DNA of 58,515 nucleotides from Pyrinomonadaceae bacterium (lineage in GTDB: Bacteria; Acidobacteriota; Blastocatellia; Pyrinomonadales; Pyrinomonadaceae): positions 1 to 58,515 of the forward strand of contig JABDJV010000101.1 in the NCBI GenBank assembly GCA_013003295.1. Reading direction: 5' to 3'. Every line of letters begins with the position of its first letter. The stretch's first letter is position 1. The notes beneath the pieces were generated by a model. It was given only the letters and a program-made list of their open reading frames with translations, was not told the DNA's origin and ran no database searches. The translations under genes and the position numbers were made by a program. Positions 34,361 to 45,473 of this stretch are shown in pieces.

Positions 34361-35719
34361 ATGGACGACCCTGCAAGTTTATTCCTGCTCCTTTTCGCCG
34401 AAACCGGTTCGGCGGAAGAATCTGTAAATTACTTTTTCATAGCCTTTAAGCTTTTTGCCGTTATAGTACTCGTTTTATTAAATGGGTATTTTGTTGCGGC
34501 TGAATTTGCTTATGTCGCGGTCAGAAAATCGCGAATCAAGGTGCTTGCCGAAGAGGGTTTAAAAAGCGCCAAGCGTTTGATGGAGATTCTGAATAATATG
34601 AATCCCTATCTTTCCGCTTGTCAGCTTGGTATCACGATCGCCTCGCTCGCTCTTGGAACCCTTGCCGAACCGGCCGTTGCGGAGCTCCTGGCCCGGCCGC
34701 TCTCAGTATTGCCTGAAGCCGCCAGACATCCGGTCGCATTGATAATTTCTCTGGCGATCATCACAAGTTTGCACATAACCGTTGGCGAGCAGGCGCCAAA
34801 ATTGCTAGGACTCGAGCTCGCAGAAAAGGTCGCCCTCTGGACGGCATTGCCGACAAAAATCTTCTACACAATTTTCAAGGTCCCGATCCATGCGCTTGAC
34901 CGGGTCAGCGTTAAAATGGTCGGTGTTTTTGGCCTTCATGCCGGCGGCGAGCACGGCTCGATCTATTCTGAAGATGAGCTGCGCCAGTTGATAGATATTT
35001 CAAAACGGAGCGGCCACCTAAACGAGGAAGAGCAAAAGCTTATTCATCAGGTTTTTGAATTTTCGGAAACCACAGTGAGAGAAGCAATGATACCCCGGAC
35101 GGAGATCGTTGCTATACCGGTTACCGTTTCGCTCGAAGAGCTCGCTGAATCGTTTCAAGAGCATGGGTTTTCGCGTGTTCCCGTTTTCAGGGAATCGCTT
35201 GATGACATTGCCGGGGTCGTTCACAGTAAAGACGTAATGATCGCTCTCCTCAGTCCGGAATCCTTTCGCATCGAGAAGATCTTGCGTAAACCTATTTACG
35301 TCGTTGATACAGCCAGGCTGGAAGATGTTTTAAGGCAAATGCAGGAAGAAAAATTCCACTTTGGCTTTGTCGTTGACGAACACGGCGGTGTAGAAGGGAT
35401 CATCACGCTTGAAGATCTTTTGGAAGAGATCGTTGGCGAAATCGCCGATGAATATGATCAAGAAGCGATCGAGCAGATCCACAAGCAGGAAGACGGATCG
35501 TATGTATTAGACGGCAGCCTGGCGGTTAGGGACATGAACAAGCGTCTCGGCCTGGACGTTCCGGTTTCTGAAAGCTATACGACGATCGCTGGTTTTCTGA
35601 TGAGTGAAGCCGGGCAGGTTTTAGAAACGGGTGAAAGTGTAAAATTCAACGGACATGATTTTCGTGTCGAAGAGGTAGATAAACGCAGGATCTTGAAAGT
35701 ACGCATGGAAAAGAGATAG
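34361..35719 (+). CDS. CNNM/HlyC-CorC family transporter (DUF21 + CBS pair + CorC_HlyC)
   Basis: N-terminal TM DUF21 region with GEQAPK, CBS region REAMIPRTEIV, and C-terminal TIAGFLMSEAGQV...FRVEEVDKRRI. Confidence 0.85.
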   Translation: MDDPASLFLLLFAETGSAEESVNYFFIAFKLFAVIVLVLLNGYFVAAEFAYVAVRKSRIKVLAEEGLKSAKRLMEILNNMNPYLSACQLGITIASLALGTLAEPAVAELLARPLSVLPEAARHPVALIISLAIITSLHITVGEQAPKLLGLELAEKVALWTALPTKIFYTIFKVPIHALDRVSVKMVGVFGLHAGGEHGSIYSEDELRQLIDISKRSGHLNEEEQKLIHQVFEFSETTVREAMIPRTEIVAIPVTVSLEELAESFQEHGFSRVPVFRESLDDIAGVVHSKDVMIALLSPESFRIEKILRKPIYVVDTARLEDVLRQMQEEKFHFGFVVDEHGGVEGIITLEDLLEEIVGEIADEYDQEAIEQIHKQEDGSYVLDGSLAVRDMNKRLGLDVPVSESYTTIAGFLMSEAGQVLETGESVKFNGHDFRVEEVDKRRILKVRMEKR

Positions 35720-35721
35720 TT

Positions 35722-36285
35722 ATGAAGTTTATGCTGTTGGCTATTTTCCCGGTTTTGGTCTTTTGCACATTTTTAGCTCCCGCTCAGGAAAGAAATTTTG
35801 AGATCGAGGTCTCGTTCGAAGACAAGATAATTTCAAAAGTTTCGAAAGAGACGCTGGTACGGGTAAAGATAACGAACAAGGCAGACGAGCCGTTGAACTT
35901 ATCGGGAATCGAAACGATCCACTTCTTTTTTTCGAAATGCGTGCTGGGAGTTGTTTGTAAGGAAGATAAACACACTTACTCCGCATTTGCATCGATTCCT
36001 TCACGCAGCCCTTCTGATCCGGACAATCCCCGTCAACTCCGCAAAAACCGATCTTTTGAGTTTGACGTAGATTTAGCCGATCTTTATTGGAAAGATGCGA
36101 AAGGCAATACATTTTACCGCGAGGACAAAAAGAACTTTAGCGTCGTGCCAAATGAGAACGTATATTTTTATGCCCGGCAACTGTCATTGATCGGTTACGA
36201 AAAGTCCGGCGACGGTACGATAGGAAAGGTGCCGGTTTATAACTATACGGACTCGAATGTGATCAACGTAGTGTTGGATCAATAA
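35722..36285 (+). CDS. Hypothetical secreted protein
   Basis: Signal peptide MKFMLLAIFPVLVFCTFLAPA. The start lies 2 nt after the upstream stop. No family recognised. Confidence 0.5.
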   Translation: MKFMLLAIFPVLVFCTFLAPAQERNFEIEVSFEDKIISKVSKETLVRVKITNKADEPLNLSGIETIHFFFSKCVLGVVCKEDKHTYSAFASIPSRSPSDPDNPRQLRKNRSFEFDVDLADLYWKDAKGNTFYREDKKNFSVVPNENVYFYARQLSLIGYEKSGDGTIGKVPVYNYTDSNVINVVLDQ

Positions 36286-36424
36286 CCAAAAGATCATCAG
36301 TACCGAAAAGGCAAAATAGGAAGATCTGATTTCCTGTTTTGTCTTTTTGTTTTTAGGCGTGATACGCGTTAAATTTATCGCAAAGCAGCAAAAAATTATT
36401 ATTAATACCGGAGCAATCAAGTAA

Positions 36425-37714
<1,290 letters not shown>

Positions 37715-37743
37715 TTCGTCGCTGGTATCTTCCAAGATTGGTG

Positions 37744-37847
37744 TCAGTAGCCCGACCGTAATGAAGGGCTTTAGTATTTACATTCGCAGGTGTAATCAAC
37801 CATTCAGCAGTTCATCGGGAAGCCCTTCTTCGCAGTCGGGCTACTGA
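37744..37847. repeat. 28-bp inverted repeat with 48-nt spacer, GTAG-headed, downstream of eno
   Basis: TCAGTAGCCCGACCGTAATGAAGGGCTT (37744-37771) against AAGCCCTTCTTCGCAGTCGGGCTACTGA (37820-37847). 25 of 28 positions are complementary. Confidence 0.8.
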
Positions 37848-37862
37848 GACGTTCATCCTACT

Positions 37863-38891
37863 ATGAAAATCCTGATCATCGGCGGAACAAAATTTTCGGG
37901 CCGGCATATTGTCAGTGCCGCGGCCGCGAACGGACACGATGTAACCGTATTTCACCGCGGAAATCATCCGATCGGAGATCTTGAGGCAAGCGAAGAGATT
38001 CTTGGAAACAGGATCTTCGATCTTGAAAAACTTGAAAACCGTAGTTGGGACGCAGCGATCGATATGTGCGGGTATCTACCGCAGTGGGTTGAAGACTCGA
38101 CCTCTGCTTTTAAGAATTCGGTGGATAAATATGTTTTTATTTCATCGATTTCGGCTTACTCAAACGAAGTAAATCCAAATTATACCGAAGACGCCGATCT
38201 CGAATTACTTACACCCGAACAAAAAAGCAGATTTGCAGAGATCGACCCAAACGGTGATTTTGGAGCCGCCGATCTTGGCGACATGTATGGGGCCCTGAAA
38301 GTTCTTTGTGAGGAAGCAGTTCTAAGAGCGTTCCCGGACAGAAACCTGATAATACGGCCGGGTTTGATCGTCGGTGAATACGATTGGACCGACCGTTGGA
38401 CATATTGGGTGATGCGGGTGGCAAAAGGCAGTGAGGTCCTAGCACCGGGCAAACCGGAATCGCCGGCGCAGTTTATCGACGCAAAAGATCTGGCCGAATG
38501 GATCATTCATTTGATCGAATCAGACGAAACGGGAACCTTTAACGCGGTGAACAGACCGTTTGAGCTGACATTTGAAGAAATGCTGTCGGAGATCCGGGAT
38601 GTGAGCGCCAGCGATGCGAGTTTCACATGGGTCAGCGAGCAGTTTATGGATGAAAATAAAGTCGCGCCTTGGTCCGATATGCCACTTCATGTGCCGCAAG
38701 AGCTGGAATTTCTTCATTCCGCGAATGTCGATGCTGCGCTCGCAAAGGGATTAAAGATCCGTGACCTTAAAGAGACCATCGCCGACACACTGAAATGGCG
38801 GGTAACGATTCCCGAAGAAATGAAAGCGGGAATTTCCATTGAAAGAGAAAAAGAACTTCTGACAAAATGGCACGAACAAAATCCCGATTAG
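37863..38891 (+). CDS. NAD-dependent epimerase/dehydratase (extended SDR) family protein
   Basis: MKILIIGGTKFSGRHIV is a Rossmann motif. Size and layout fit atypical/extended SDRs. Confidence 0.7.
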   Translation: MKILIIGGTKFSGRHIVSAAAANGHDVTVFHRGNHPIGDLEASEEILGNRIFDLEKLENRSWDAAIDMCGYLPQWVEDSTSAFKNSVDKYVFISSISAYSNEVNPNYTEDADLELLTPEQKSRFAEIDPNGDFGAADLGDMYGALKVLCEEAVLRAFPDRNLIIRPGLIVGEYDWTDRWTYWVMRVAKGSEVLAPGKPESPAQFIDAKDLAEWIIHLIESDETGTFNAVNRPFELTFEEMLSEIRDVSASDASFTWVSEQFMDENKVAPWSDMPLHVPQELEFLHSANVDAALAKGLKIRDLKETIADTLKWRVTIPEEMKAGISIEREKELLTKWHEQNPD

Positions 38892-38908
38892 CCGCGTATC
38901 TTCCTCGT

Positions 38909-39415
38909 ATGAAAAGAGTTTTGGTAATCGGTTCGTGCGGCGCTGGTAAATCCACATTTGCCCGGCGGCTGCACCGCTCAACGGGCCTGAAGGTTTTTCA
39001 TCTCGACCGCTATTACCACCTGCCGAATTGGGAACAACCGTCCGACGAAGAATGGTTTGAGACCGTTCAAGAATTGGTTAAAAATCCTGAGTGGATAATC
39101 GATGGAAATTTTGGCGGTACAATGGAATTCAGAATGCAGCATTGTGACACGGTAATCTGGCTCGATTTCCCGAGGGTCGTCTGCACCTGGCGTATCTTAA
39201 AGCGCATGGTCACATATTGGAACAGAACTCGCCCGGACATGGCCGAAGGATGCAACGAGAGGTTTGATTGGGATTTTCTGAAATATGTTTGGAATTTCCC
39301 AAAAGATAGAAATCCGGCCCTTGAGGCGCGTCTGCAAAAATTTAAAGAAAAAAAGGTGTTCCACCTAAGGTCGAATGGCGCGGTAGAGCAATTTTTAAGC
39401 GAGCTGGAAAAATGA
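38909..39415 (+). CDS. P-loop kinase-like protein (topology-modulation/adenylate-kinase-like)
   Basis: Start set to ATG 38909: MKRVLVIGSCGAGKSTFARRL (Walker A). The track start at 38867 overlaps the upstream gene. Confidence 0.6.
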   Translation: MKRVLVIGSCGAGKSTFARRLHRSTGLKVFHLDRYYHLPNWEQPSDEEWFETVQELVKNPEWIIDGNFGGTMEFRMQHCDTVIWLDFPRVVCTWRILKRMVTYWNRTRPDMAEGCNERFDWDFLKYVWNFPKDRNPALEARLQKFKEKKVFHLRSNGAVEQFLSELEK

Positions 39416-39846
39416 ATAGCTGGAAAAAGGATAAATTCACGATCACGGCAGACCGCGATCATCTCCAAATAGACGCAATTCTCGACTATCTGGCAAACCA
39501 ATCTTATTGGGCTCAGAATCGAACGCGGCGGCAACTGGAAACCGTCATCGATAATTCCCTGTGTTTTGGTTTATACAGGGACGAAAAGCAGATTGGTTTT
39601 GCCCGCGTAGTCACGGATTATGCGACCTTTGCTTATCTTGGGGATGTATATGTTTTACCGGAATTTCAAGGTCAGGGTTTGGGAAAATGGCTGATGGAGG
39701 TGATCTCTGATCATCCCGACCTGCAGGGTTTCAGGCGCTGGATCCTGGCCACACGCGATGCTCACGCACTTTACGAAAAATTTGGGTATACCGACCTGAA
39801 ACATCCTGAAAGATGGATGGAAAAAGCCGCTCCCGATGCGTATTAA
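39412..39846 (+). CDS. GNAT family N-acetyltransferase
   Basis: YVLPEFQGQGLGKWLM is the acetyl-CoA binding motif A. ATGA start/stop overlap with the upstream gene. Confidence 0.8.
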   Translation: MNSWKKDKFTITADRDHLQIDAILDYLANQSYWAQNRTRRQLETVIDNSLCFGLYRDEKQIGFARVVTDYATFAYLGDVYVLPEFQGQGLGKWLMEVISDHPDLQGFRRWILATRDAHALYEKFGYTDLKHPERWMEKAAPDAY

Positions 39847-39849
39847 GAA

Positions 39850-39969
39850 GTTGGCTGTGTTGGCTGTGTTGGCTGAGTTCAGTGAGTTGACTGTGTTTGT
39901 CATTCGAATTTTGAATATGAATTTAACAAACTCAGCTAACTCAGCTAACTCGGTTAACTCAGTCAACTG
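39850..39969. repeat. Nonamer-periodic hairpin (6 units facing 5 units)
   Basis: Left arm: GTTGGCTGT GTTGGCTGT GTTGGCTGA GTTCAGTGA GTTGACTGT GTTTGTCAT (39850-39903). 21-nt AT-rich loop. Right arm: AACAAACTC AGCTAACTC AGCTAACTC GGTTAACTC AGTCAACTG (39925-39969). Confidence 0.9.
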
Positions 39970-39987
39970 GTTTATTCAGTTAACTTC

Positions 39988-41127
39988 CTAATGAACCATT
40001 TCAAAGTTTTCTTGAGATGTGATCAGTTCGGCGACGACATCCTGAAACGAAACGACTTCCTGTTTTTTCTTCAGTGAGCGTTTTCTTAAGAAATCCCAAT
40101 CGGCAACTGAGATCTCTTTGAATGCTTCAACGATCGCGGGATCGAATTGTGTTCCCGCGCATCGATCTAATTCTTTGAGCGCATCCTGGTATGGGCGACC
40201 CTTTCGGTAAACCGTATCGCTTATCATCGTGTCAAAGGCGTCGACAACCGAAAAGATTCTCGCACAGATATCAATGTTCTCTCCACGAAGACCAAGCGGA
40301 TAACCGGTTCCATCCCAGCGCTCATGATGCTGTGAAACGATTTTGACGGCGCCCTCAAGAAACGGAATATCCCGCAGGATCTTAAACCCGTGAATCGGAT
40401 GAAGCTTCATTTTATCCCATTCTTTTTCGTTTAATTTCGCCGGCTTTCGCAATATAGAATCGGGCACGCCGATCTTCCCGACATCGTGCAATAAGGCGCC
40501 CAGCTCGAGGTCGCGCATTAGATCTTTTTTTATTCCAACTTCATGGGCAAGCCGAAGACTAAACGTAACAACCCTTTCTGAATGCCCGTAAGTTTCAAAA
40601 TCTCTGGTTTCCAGGGCCTGCGCGACGGCTTTTAGCGTTACACGATAGGAATTTTCAATTTCGTCAATATTTTTTTCGATCTTAGCCGTTTCAATTGCGG
40701 TAAGATCCTCGACGCTGTTTTGAAAATAGTCGTAAAGCCGTTTTCTTTCGTGCTCGCTAAATCCCTTATTTACTGCGGTTTCTACTTCCTCCAAGTTGAA
40801 TGGTGTTTGGAGGAAATCGGTAGCGCCGGCCCTGAAGGCCGCGATCGTTTCGTTTGCGGATATGTCTTCGCAGATCAAAATGATAGCCGTGTGAGGAGAC
40901 AATGATTTTACTGTCGAGATAAAGTCGAAGCCCGCCGCGGTAGCAAGATTGTAATTGGAGATGATCACGGAAAAACTATCCCGGCTCAATAGCCGAAATG
41001 CATCTCCGGTGCTTACAACACGCTCACATTCGTATCTGGGATTAAGAAAATCAAGAAGTATATTGCCGGCATGCTCATCCGGTTCCATGATCAGAAGTCT
41101 GTCTTTTGGTTCAATGGTTTCGGACAT
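39988..41127 (-). CDS. Response regulator receiver + HD-GYP domain protein (c-di-GMP phosphodiesterase type)
   Basis: N-terminal REC domain, then HSERV...LLHDVGKIGVPDSIL and HHERWDGTGYP. Confidence 0.88.
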   Translation of the reverse strand: MSETIEPKDRLLIMEPDEHAGNILLDFLNPRYECERVVSTGDAFRLLSRDSFSVIISNYNLATAAGFDFISTVKSLSPHTAIILICEDISANETIAAFRAGATDFLQTPFNLEEVETAVNKGFSEHERKRLYDYFQNSVEDLTAIETAKIEKNIDEIENSYRVTLKAVAQALETRDFETYGHSERVVTFSLRLAHEVGIKKDLMRDLELGALLHDVGKIGVPDSILRKPAKLNEKEWDKMKLHPIHGFKILRDIPFLEGAVKIVSQHHERWDGTGYPLGLRGENIDICARIFSVVDAFDTMISDTVYRKGRPYQDALKELDRCAGTQFDPAIVEAFKEISVADWDFLRKRSLKKKQEVVSFQDVVAELITSQENFEMVH

Positions 41128-41245
41128 TTCTGGAAAGCTCGCGAGAAAAAAAGAAGATTGTGAAAATTGAAAACCGGGGGGAAACCTAAACGCTAAACAA
41201 AATTTAACACATATGAAAATATTTATGCAAAGCTTCGGCCCCGAC

Positions 41246-41926
41246 TTATTCGATCGGCTCGATCAATTCGGGCGAATTGTGTTTTGGCGAACCGATCTTG
41301 CTTCCGATCTTGTGTGCGGCCATCGCCTCGGACGGATAGGGCTTAAACAATCTCTCCAGTTGATCGGTATCGTGATTTTCGGGATCCAGCCATTCGTCAT
41401 ATTCTTCGGGATGCAGAAAAACCGGCATCCGCTTCTTATCGTGAATTTCGGCAACCAGATCATTTGCTTCGGTCGTTATGATCGAGCAGCTTTCCAGTAC
41501 TTCTCCGGTTTCCCGGTTTGTCCACGAATCCCATACGCCGGCAAAACTCTGGATCGGTTTATCTTTGATATAGATTAAATAAGGTTGTTTCGTTTTGCTA
41601 TCAAGCTTCTTCCATTCAATAAATGCAGAGCTGGGAATTATGCATCTTGTTTGTCTGAACGGCTTGCTCCACGTTGGTTTTAAGCTGAGACTCTCGCATC
41701 TGGCGTTAAATGTCGGATATTTCCTTTGGTCTGTTTTTGACCAACTTGGAATTAACCACCATTGCATCGGAACCGCTTCCCTGACGCCGTCCGGCCGCTC
41801 ACGAACAACCATCACCTTCTGGGTAGGCGCAATGTTGTAGCTGGGCCGCCAGGGAACCTCGTCGGTCTCGATTCTATATTCTTCTCCCGCTAAAGCCGGG
41901 TCATCTAAAACATATCTTCCGCACAT
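41246..41926 (-). CDS. SOS-response-associated peptidase (SRAP/YedK family)
   Basis: The family requires Cys2. ATG 41926 gives MCGRY, with GAGG 8 nt upstream. The track start at 41935 is a GTG three codons earlier. Confidence 0.85.
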   Translation of the reverse strand: MCGRYVLDDPALAGEEYRIETDEVPWRPSYNIAPTQKVMVVRERPDGVREAVPMQWWLIPSWSKTDQRKYPTFNARCESLSLKPTWSKPFRQTRCIIPSSAFIEWKKLDSKTKQPYLIYIKDKPIQSFAGVWDSWTNRETGEVLESCSIITTEANDLVAEIHDKKRMPVFLHPEEYDEWLDPENHDTDQLERLFKPYPSEAMAAHKIGSKIGSPKHNSPELIEPIE

Positions 41927-42007
41927 GAAAGGCACCTCAAACGTTTATTCAAATCATATCAGAATCCGTGCTTCGCATGCGCACATTTCATATTGTTGCC
42001 GGGATAT

Positions 42008-42037
42008 TTGACGAAGAGAACGTGCGAAGTTTATCAT
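42008..42037 (+). promoter_or_regulatory. Sigma70-type promoter candidate for tRNA-Leu
   Basis: TTGACG (42008-42013), 18-nt spacer, TATCAT (42032-42037), 11 nt before the mature tRNA 5' end. Confidence 0.45.
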
Positions 42038-42048
42038 TCATAACTCAT

Positions 42049-42136
42049 GCCGAAGTGGCGAAATTGGTATACGCACTAGATTCAAAATCTAGCGAGCTTT
42101 ACGCTCATGGGAGTTCGAGTCTCCCCTTCGGCACCA
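42049..42136 (+). tRNA. tRNA-Leu (anticodon CAA), class II with long variable arm, CCA encoded
   Basis: Acceptor stem GCCGAAG/CTTCGGC. Anticodon stem CTAGA/TCTAG with loop TTCAAAA. T-arm GGGAGTTCGAGTCTCCC. Discriminator A + CCA. Closely resembles the classical bacterial tRNA-Leu(CAA) layout. Confidence 0.93.
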
Positions 42137-42140
42137 CCTT

Positions 42141-42644
42141 TTACTTACCCTTTACGTATTTCTCCTTGAATCTGAGCTGCCACGTTTTACCTTTGTCTTT
42201 TGAATGCTCGCTCGTTCTGATCATTGTGCGGTCATTTTCCATGACAAACGCTTGCCGCGACAAGACTTCTTCACCTTTGATATTAAAGGTTTTATACATG
42301 TACCAGGTGCCGCCCAACTTCTTGCCCTCCCAGATCTGAAAAAGGCCGTCATCGGTTACCCATGCGAAATCCCATCTTTTATCCTGAGAATTCCAGCCGC
42401 GCCATGCCTTGGATATGTATCCTTCTGAGATCCAGATTTCCTCATAGGCGTTTTTATTAAAACCCTGAGTAACGACAAACTTGGGATCTTTCGCAGTTTT
42501 TCCGTCGACGACCGCAAACCACTTACCAACCCACGAATCGTAATAACGAGAATCATCCTTTGGAGCATCTTGCGCACAAATTCCCTGCGCAAAGATCGAT
42601 CCGATCAAAAGAGCTAAAACTCCCAGTGTATTTTTTGATTTCAT
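42141..42644 (-). CDS. Hypothetical secreted protein (167 aa)
   Basis: Signal peptide MKSKNTLGVLALLIGSIFAQGICA. Trp-rich. No family recognised. Confidence 0.5.
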   Translation of the reverse strand: MKSKNTLGVLALLIGSIFAQGICAQDAPKDDSRYYDSWVGKWFAVVDGKTAKDPKFVVTQGFNKNAYEEIWISEGYISKAWRGWNSQDKRWDFAWVTDDGLFQIWEGKKLGGTWYMYKTFNIKGEEVLSRQAFVMENDRTMIRTSEHSKDKGKTWQLRFKEKYVKGK

Positions 42645-42722
42645 GTGCCCATTATAGTTTTTGCGTCGAAAAGTTAGAAGCCGCGTAATCCAATGAGTTA
42701 AGATAGAGGACTCTGGAAATTT

Positions 42723-43589
42723 ATGAGTATATTTATGAATTTGCGCTCGAGAATAACAAACGTTTTTTTGATCACCATTTGCTTGGTTAACGTCGTTTGC
42801 AGCCAGAACGCCTCGATCAGCAAAGTAGCGGATCCGGCACAGGATAAATCAGACGCAAAGATAACCTACATTGCCAATGAAGGCGTCTTGATCGAGACAC
42901 CGGAAAAGAAGGTTTTGATCGATGGTTTGCATCGTTTTTACAAAACGGCCTATGCATTTCCGCCGGACAAACTGCGGGGCAAACTCGAGAGTGCGGAAGC
43001 GCCATACGACGATATCGATCTGATCCTCGTCTCTCATTTGCACGGCGACCATTTTCATCCCGAATCCGTCGGGCTCCATTTGCAAAACTCTCGAAAAGCG
43101 CAGCTCGCAACATCTGAGCAAATCGTCGGGGAGGTAAAAGAAAAGTTCAAAGATCAGACGAATATCGCTTCTAAGATCATTTCGGTAAAACACAAATGGA
43201 AAACTGCTGCTGAAAGAGATTTTGACGGGATCAAAGTAAAATTTCTGGGTTTAAGACACGGGAGCAAGCGGTTTATGTGGATCCAAAACCTGGGTCATCT
43301 GATCGAGATCGAAGGCAGGAAGTTTCTGCACCTGGGTGACGCCGATATGACCGCAGAGAATTTTTCTACTTTTAAGCTTAATCAGGAAGATATCGATATC
43401 GCGTTTATTCCGTTTTGGTTTCTTCTTTCAAAAGAAGGCCGCGATCTGGTTAAAAAGCAGTTTGAACCGAAACACATTATCGCCGTACACGTTTCACCTC
43501 AGGATGCGGAAAGCGTTTCAAAAGAACTGAAAAAGCATGATCCTGGCATTACGGTCTTTACGAAAATCCTCGAAACAAAAACTTTTTGA
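42723..43589 (+). CDS. MBL-fold metallo-hydrolase, secreted
   Basis: VSHLHGDH (HxHxDH) and later HLGD. Signal peptide-like N-terminus. Confidence 0.65.
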   Translation: MSIFMNLRSRITNVFLITICLVNVVCSQNASISKVADPAQDKSDAKITYIANEGVLIETPEKKVLIDGLHRFYKTAYAFPPDKLRGKLESAEAPYDDIDLILVSHLHGDHFHPESVGLHLQNSRKAQLATSEQIVGEVKEKFKDQTNIASKIISVKHKWKTAAERDFDGIKVKFLGLRHGSKRFMWIQNLGHLIEIEGRKFLHLGDADMTAENFSTFKLNQEDIDIAFIPFWFLLSKEGRDLVKKQFEPKHIIAVHVSPQDAESVSKELKKHDPGITVFTKILETKTF

Positions 43590-43612
43590 CTCTCACATTT
43601 TGCGTTGCGGAA

Positions 43613-44392
43613 ATGTCCAAAGAGCCCTTATACGACGAAATTGGTGTTAGCTATTCGGCAACACGGAGTACTGATCCCAAAATAGCGAAACAGCTCAATT
43701 CCGAGCTCAAGGGGGCAACCCGCATCGTAAATATCGGCGCCGGCACCGGGTCTTATGAACCTCAAAATGTCGAGTTAGTAGCTGTAGAGCCATCGTCAAC
43801 GATGATCTCACAAAGGACGTTTGGCTCGCCCCGCGTAGTTCAGGCATTTGCTGAAAATCTCCCTTTTGAGGATAGCAGCTTTTCGCACGCGATGACCGTA
43901 CTTTCCATGCATCATTGGGAAAACAGAGCGCAAGCGTTTAGTGAAATAAACAGGGTTGCAACAGAAAAGTTCGTAGCTGTTACATGGGATCCTGAGGCTG
44001 ATCCCTTTTGGCTCACCAGAGACTATTTTCCAGAATTCTACGAAATGGATAGGGTTAGTTTTCCCTCGTTAAAAGAGTTAAAGAAATCTTTCGATAAAGT
44101 CAAAATGAGCTCTCTCGAGATACCGAGCGATTGCAAAGACGGTTTTCTGGCTTCCTTTTGGAAACGACCAGAAGCCTATCTAAGCCGTCAGGTGCGAGAA
44201 TCGATTTCCTCCTTTTCTATGATCAAAGACCTTTCGGAGGGTTTACTAAAGTTAGAAGACGACCTCGCTAGTGGCGTCTGGGCAAAAAAAAATCAGGCCA
44301 TCCTGAGCTCTTCGTCCTTAGATGTTGGTTACCGGTTGATCTCTGCCGTAACCGGGAGCTCCCAACCGAAAAAGAATGTTGATCGCAGCTGA
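43613..44392 (+). CDS. Class I SAM-dependent methyltransferase
   Basis: Motif I IVNIGAGTGSYE. Start set to ATG 43613. Confidence 0.7.
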   Translation: MSKEPLYDEIGVSYSATRSTDPKIAKQLNSELKGATRIVNIGAGTGSYEPQNVELVAVEPSSTMISQRTFGSPRVVQAFAENLPFEDSSFSHAMTVLSMHHWENRAQAFSEINRVATEKFVAVTWDPEADPFWLTRDYFPEFYEMDRVSFPSLKELKKSFDKVKMSSLEIPSDCKDGFLASFWKRPEAYLSRQVRESISSFSMIKDLSEGLLKLEDDLASGVWAKKNQAILSSSSLDVGYRLISAVTGSSQPKKNVDRS

Positions 44393-44585
44393 CCAGTGCG
44401 ACAAATAGTTGAGTGCGAAAAAGTCCGCATTTATCGACGCGTAAGCCACAAAACTCCAACCCCCGCAAATCGTTAAACATAGAGAAATCAATAGTTTGAA
44501 CCTAACGGCACGTCGGTTGCAATAAACTGTGTAGCCGTTACTTTGGCACTATTTGGTGCAAATTTTGTTTTCAAAAGGAGGTCTT

Positions 44586-44864
44586 ATGAACAATCAGGAT
44601 GCTTACCAACAAGCGAAAGAAAGATTGGAGGCAAAATATGGATTCTATATTCATCTTTCCGTTTACCTGGCGGTTAATCTTCTGCTCGTAATTATTAATT
44701 TAAGCAAATCGTCTGAGGGATTTTGGTTTATATATCCTTTGTTTGGATGGGGAATCGGCTTAGCTTTTCATGCTTTAAGCGTTTTCGTATTTGCCGGAAG
44801 AGGATTTCAAGTTACGGAAGAGATGATCGAAAAAGAAATGAATAAGGGAGTTAATAAAACATGA
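44586..44864 (+). CDS. 2TM domain-containing small membrane protein
   Basis: AAGGAGG lies 4 nt before ATG 44586. AKERLEAKYGFYIHLSVYLAVNLLLVIIN...FWFIYPLFGWGIGLAFHAL is the typical 2TM-domain pattern. Confidence 0.65.
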   Translation: MNNQDAYQQAKERLEAKYGFYIHLSVYLAVNLLLVIINLSKSSEGFWFIYPLFGWGIGLAFHALSVFVFAGRGFQVTEEMIEKEMNKGVNKT

Positions 44865-45274
44865 GCGATTCAGCCGCAGCTGCGCATCCGAACCTGGCGT
44901 TGCTCAAACGCCTTGGAGATCATTTCCCGCACGATTTGACCGGGGCCGGGGAATTGATCGCTGACGACTTCGTTTTTCACTACTTCAACACGAACCTTCC
45001 TGAACTCGCCGGTGACTATATCGGAGTCGATGGGCTTCAGGGGTTTTTTCAGAAACTCGGAGCAAAATCGAAGGGCACGTTTCGGGCTAAAAACAAAAAT
45101 CTCGTTCACGTCGGAGATGAGTTGGTTGTAACATCCGCCACACCGGAAATGACACTCGAGGGTAAATCTTTCGAGTGGGATGCCCTCTTCATCTGGCGGG
45201 TGGTTGGCGGCCGCTTTGTCGAGGCGTGGGATATACCGGCGGTCAATACGATAAGAAGGTTTGAACCGGGTTAA
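44861..45274 (+). CDS. SnoaL-like / NTF2-fold protein
   Basis: 137 aa with ATGA overlap to the upstream gene. The C-terminal WRVVGGRFVEAWD is typical of the SnoaL-like fold. Confidence 0.55.
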   Translation: MSDSAAAAHPNLALLKRLGDHFPHDLTGAGELIADDFVFHYFNTNLPELAGDYIGVDGLQGFFQKLGAKSKGTFRAKNKNLVHVGDELVVTSATPEMTLEGKSFEWDALFIWRVVGGRFVEAWDIPAVNTIRRFEPG

Positions 45275-45473
45275 TTCTACTCAACAAAACCAAATTAAGA
45301 ATGATTGCTGAGGACTCCGGTCGCGCCAAAACCAATTAACTTAAACCGGAATTCTTATCTGTGCGCTAACGCACATAACAAAATCTTCTCAATCTTTATA
45401 CTTGCGAATAATTGCCCCCGCCTCTCGGTCCTTTTGCACCAGAATCCAATACAAATCTTAGCCTGGCTGATAA

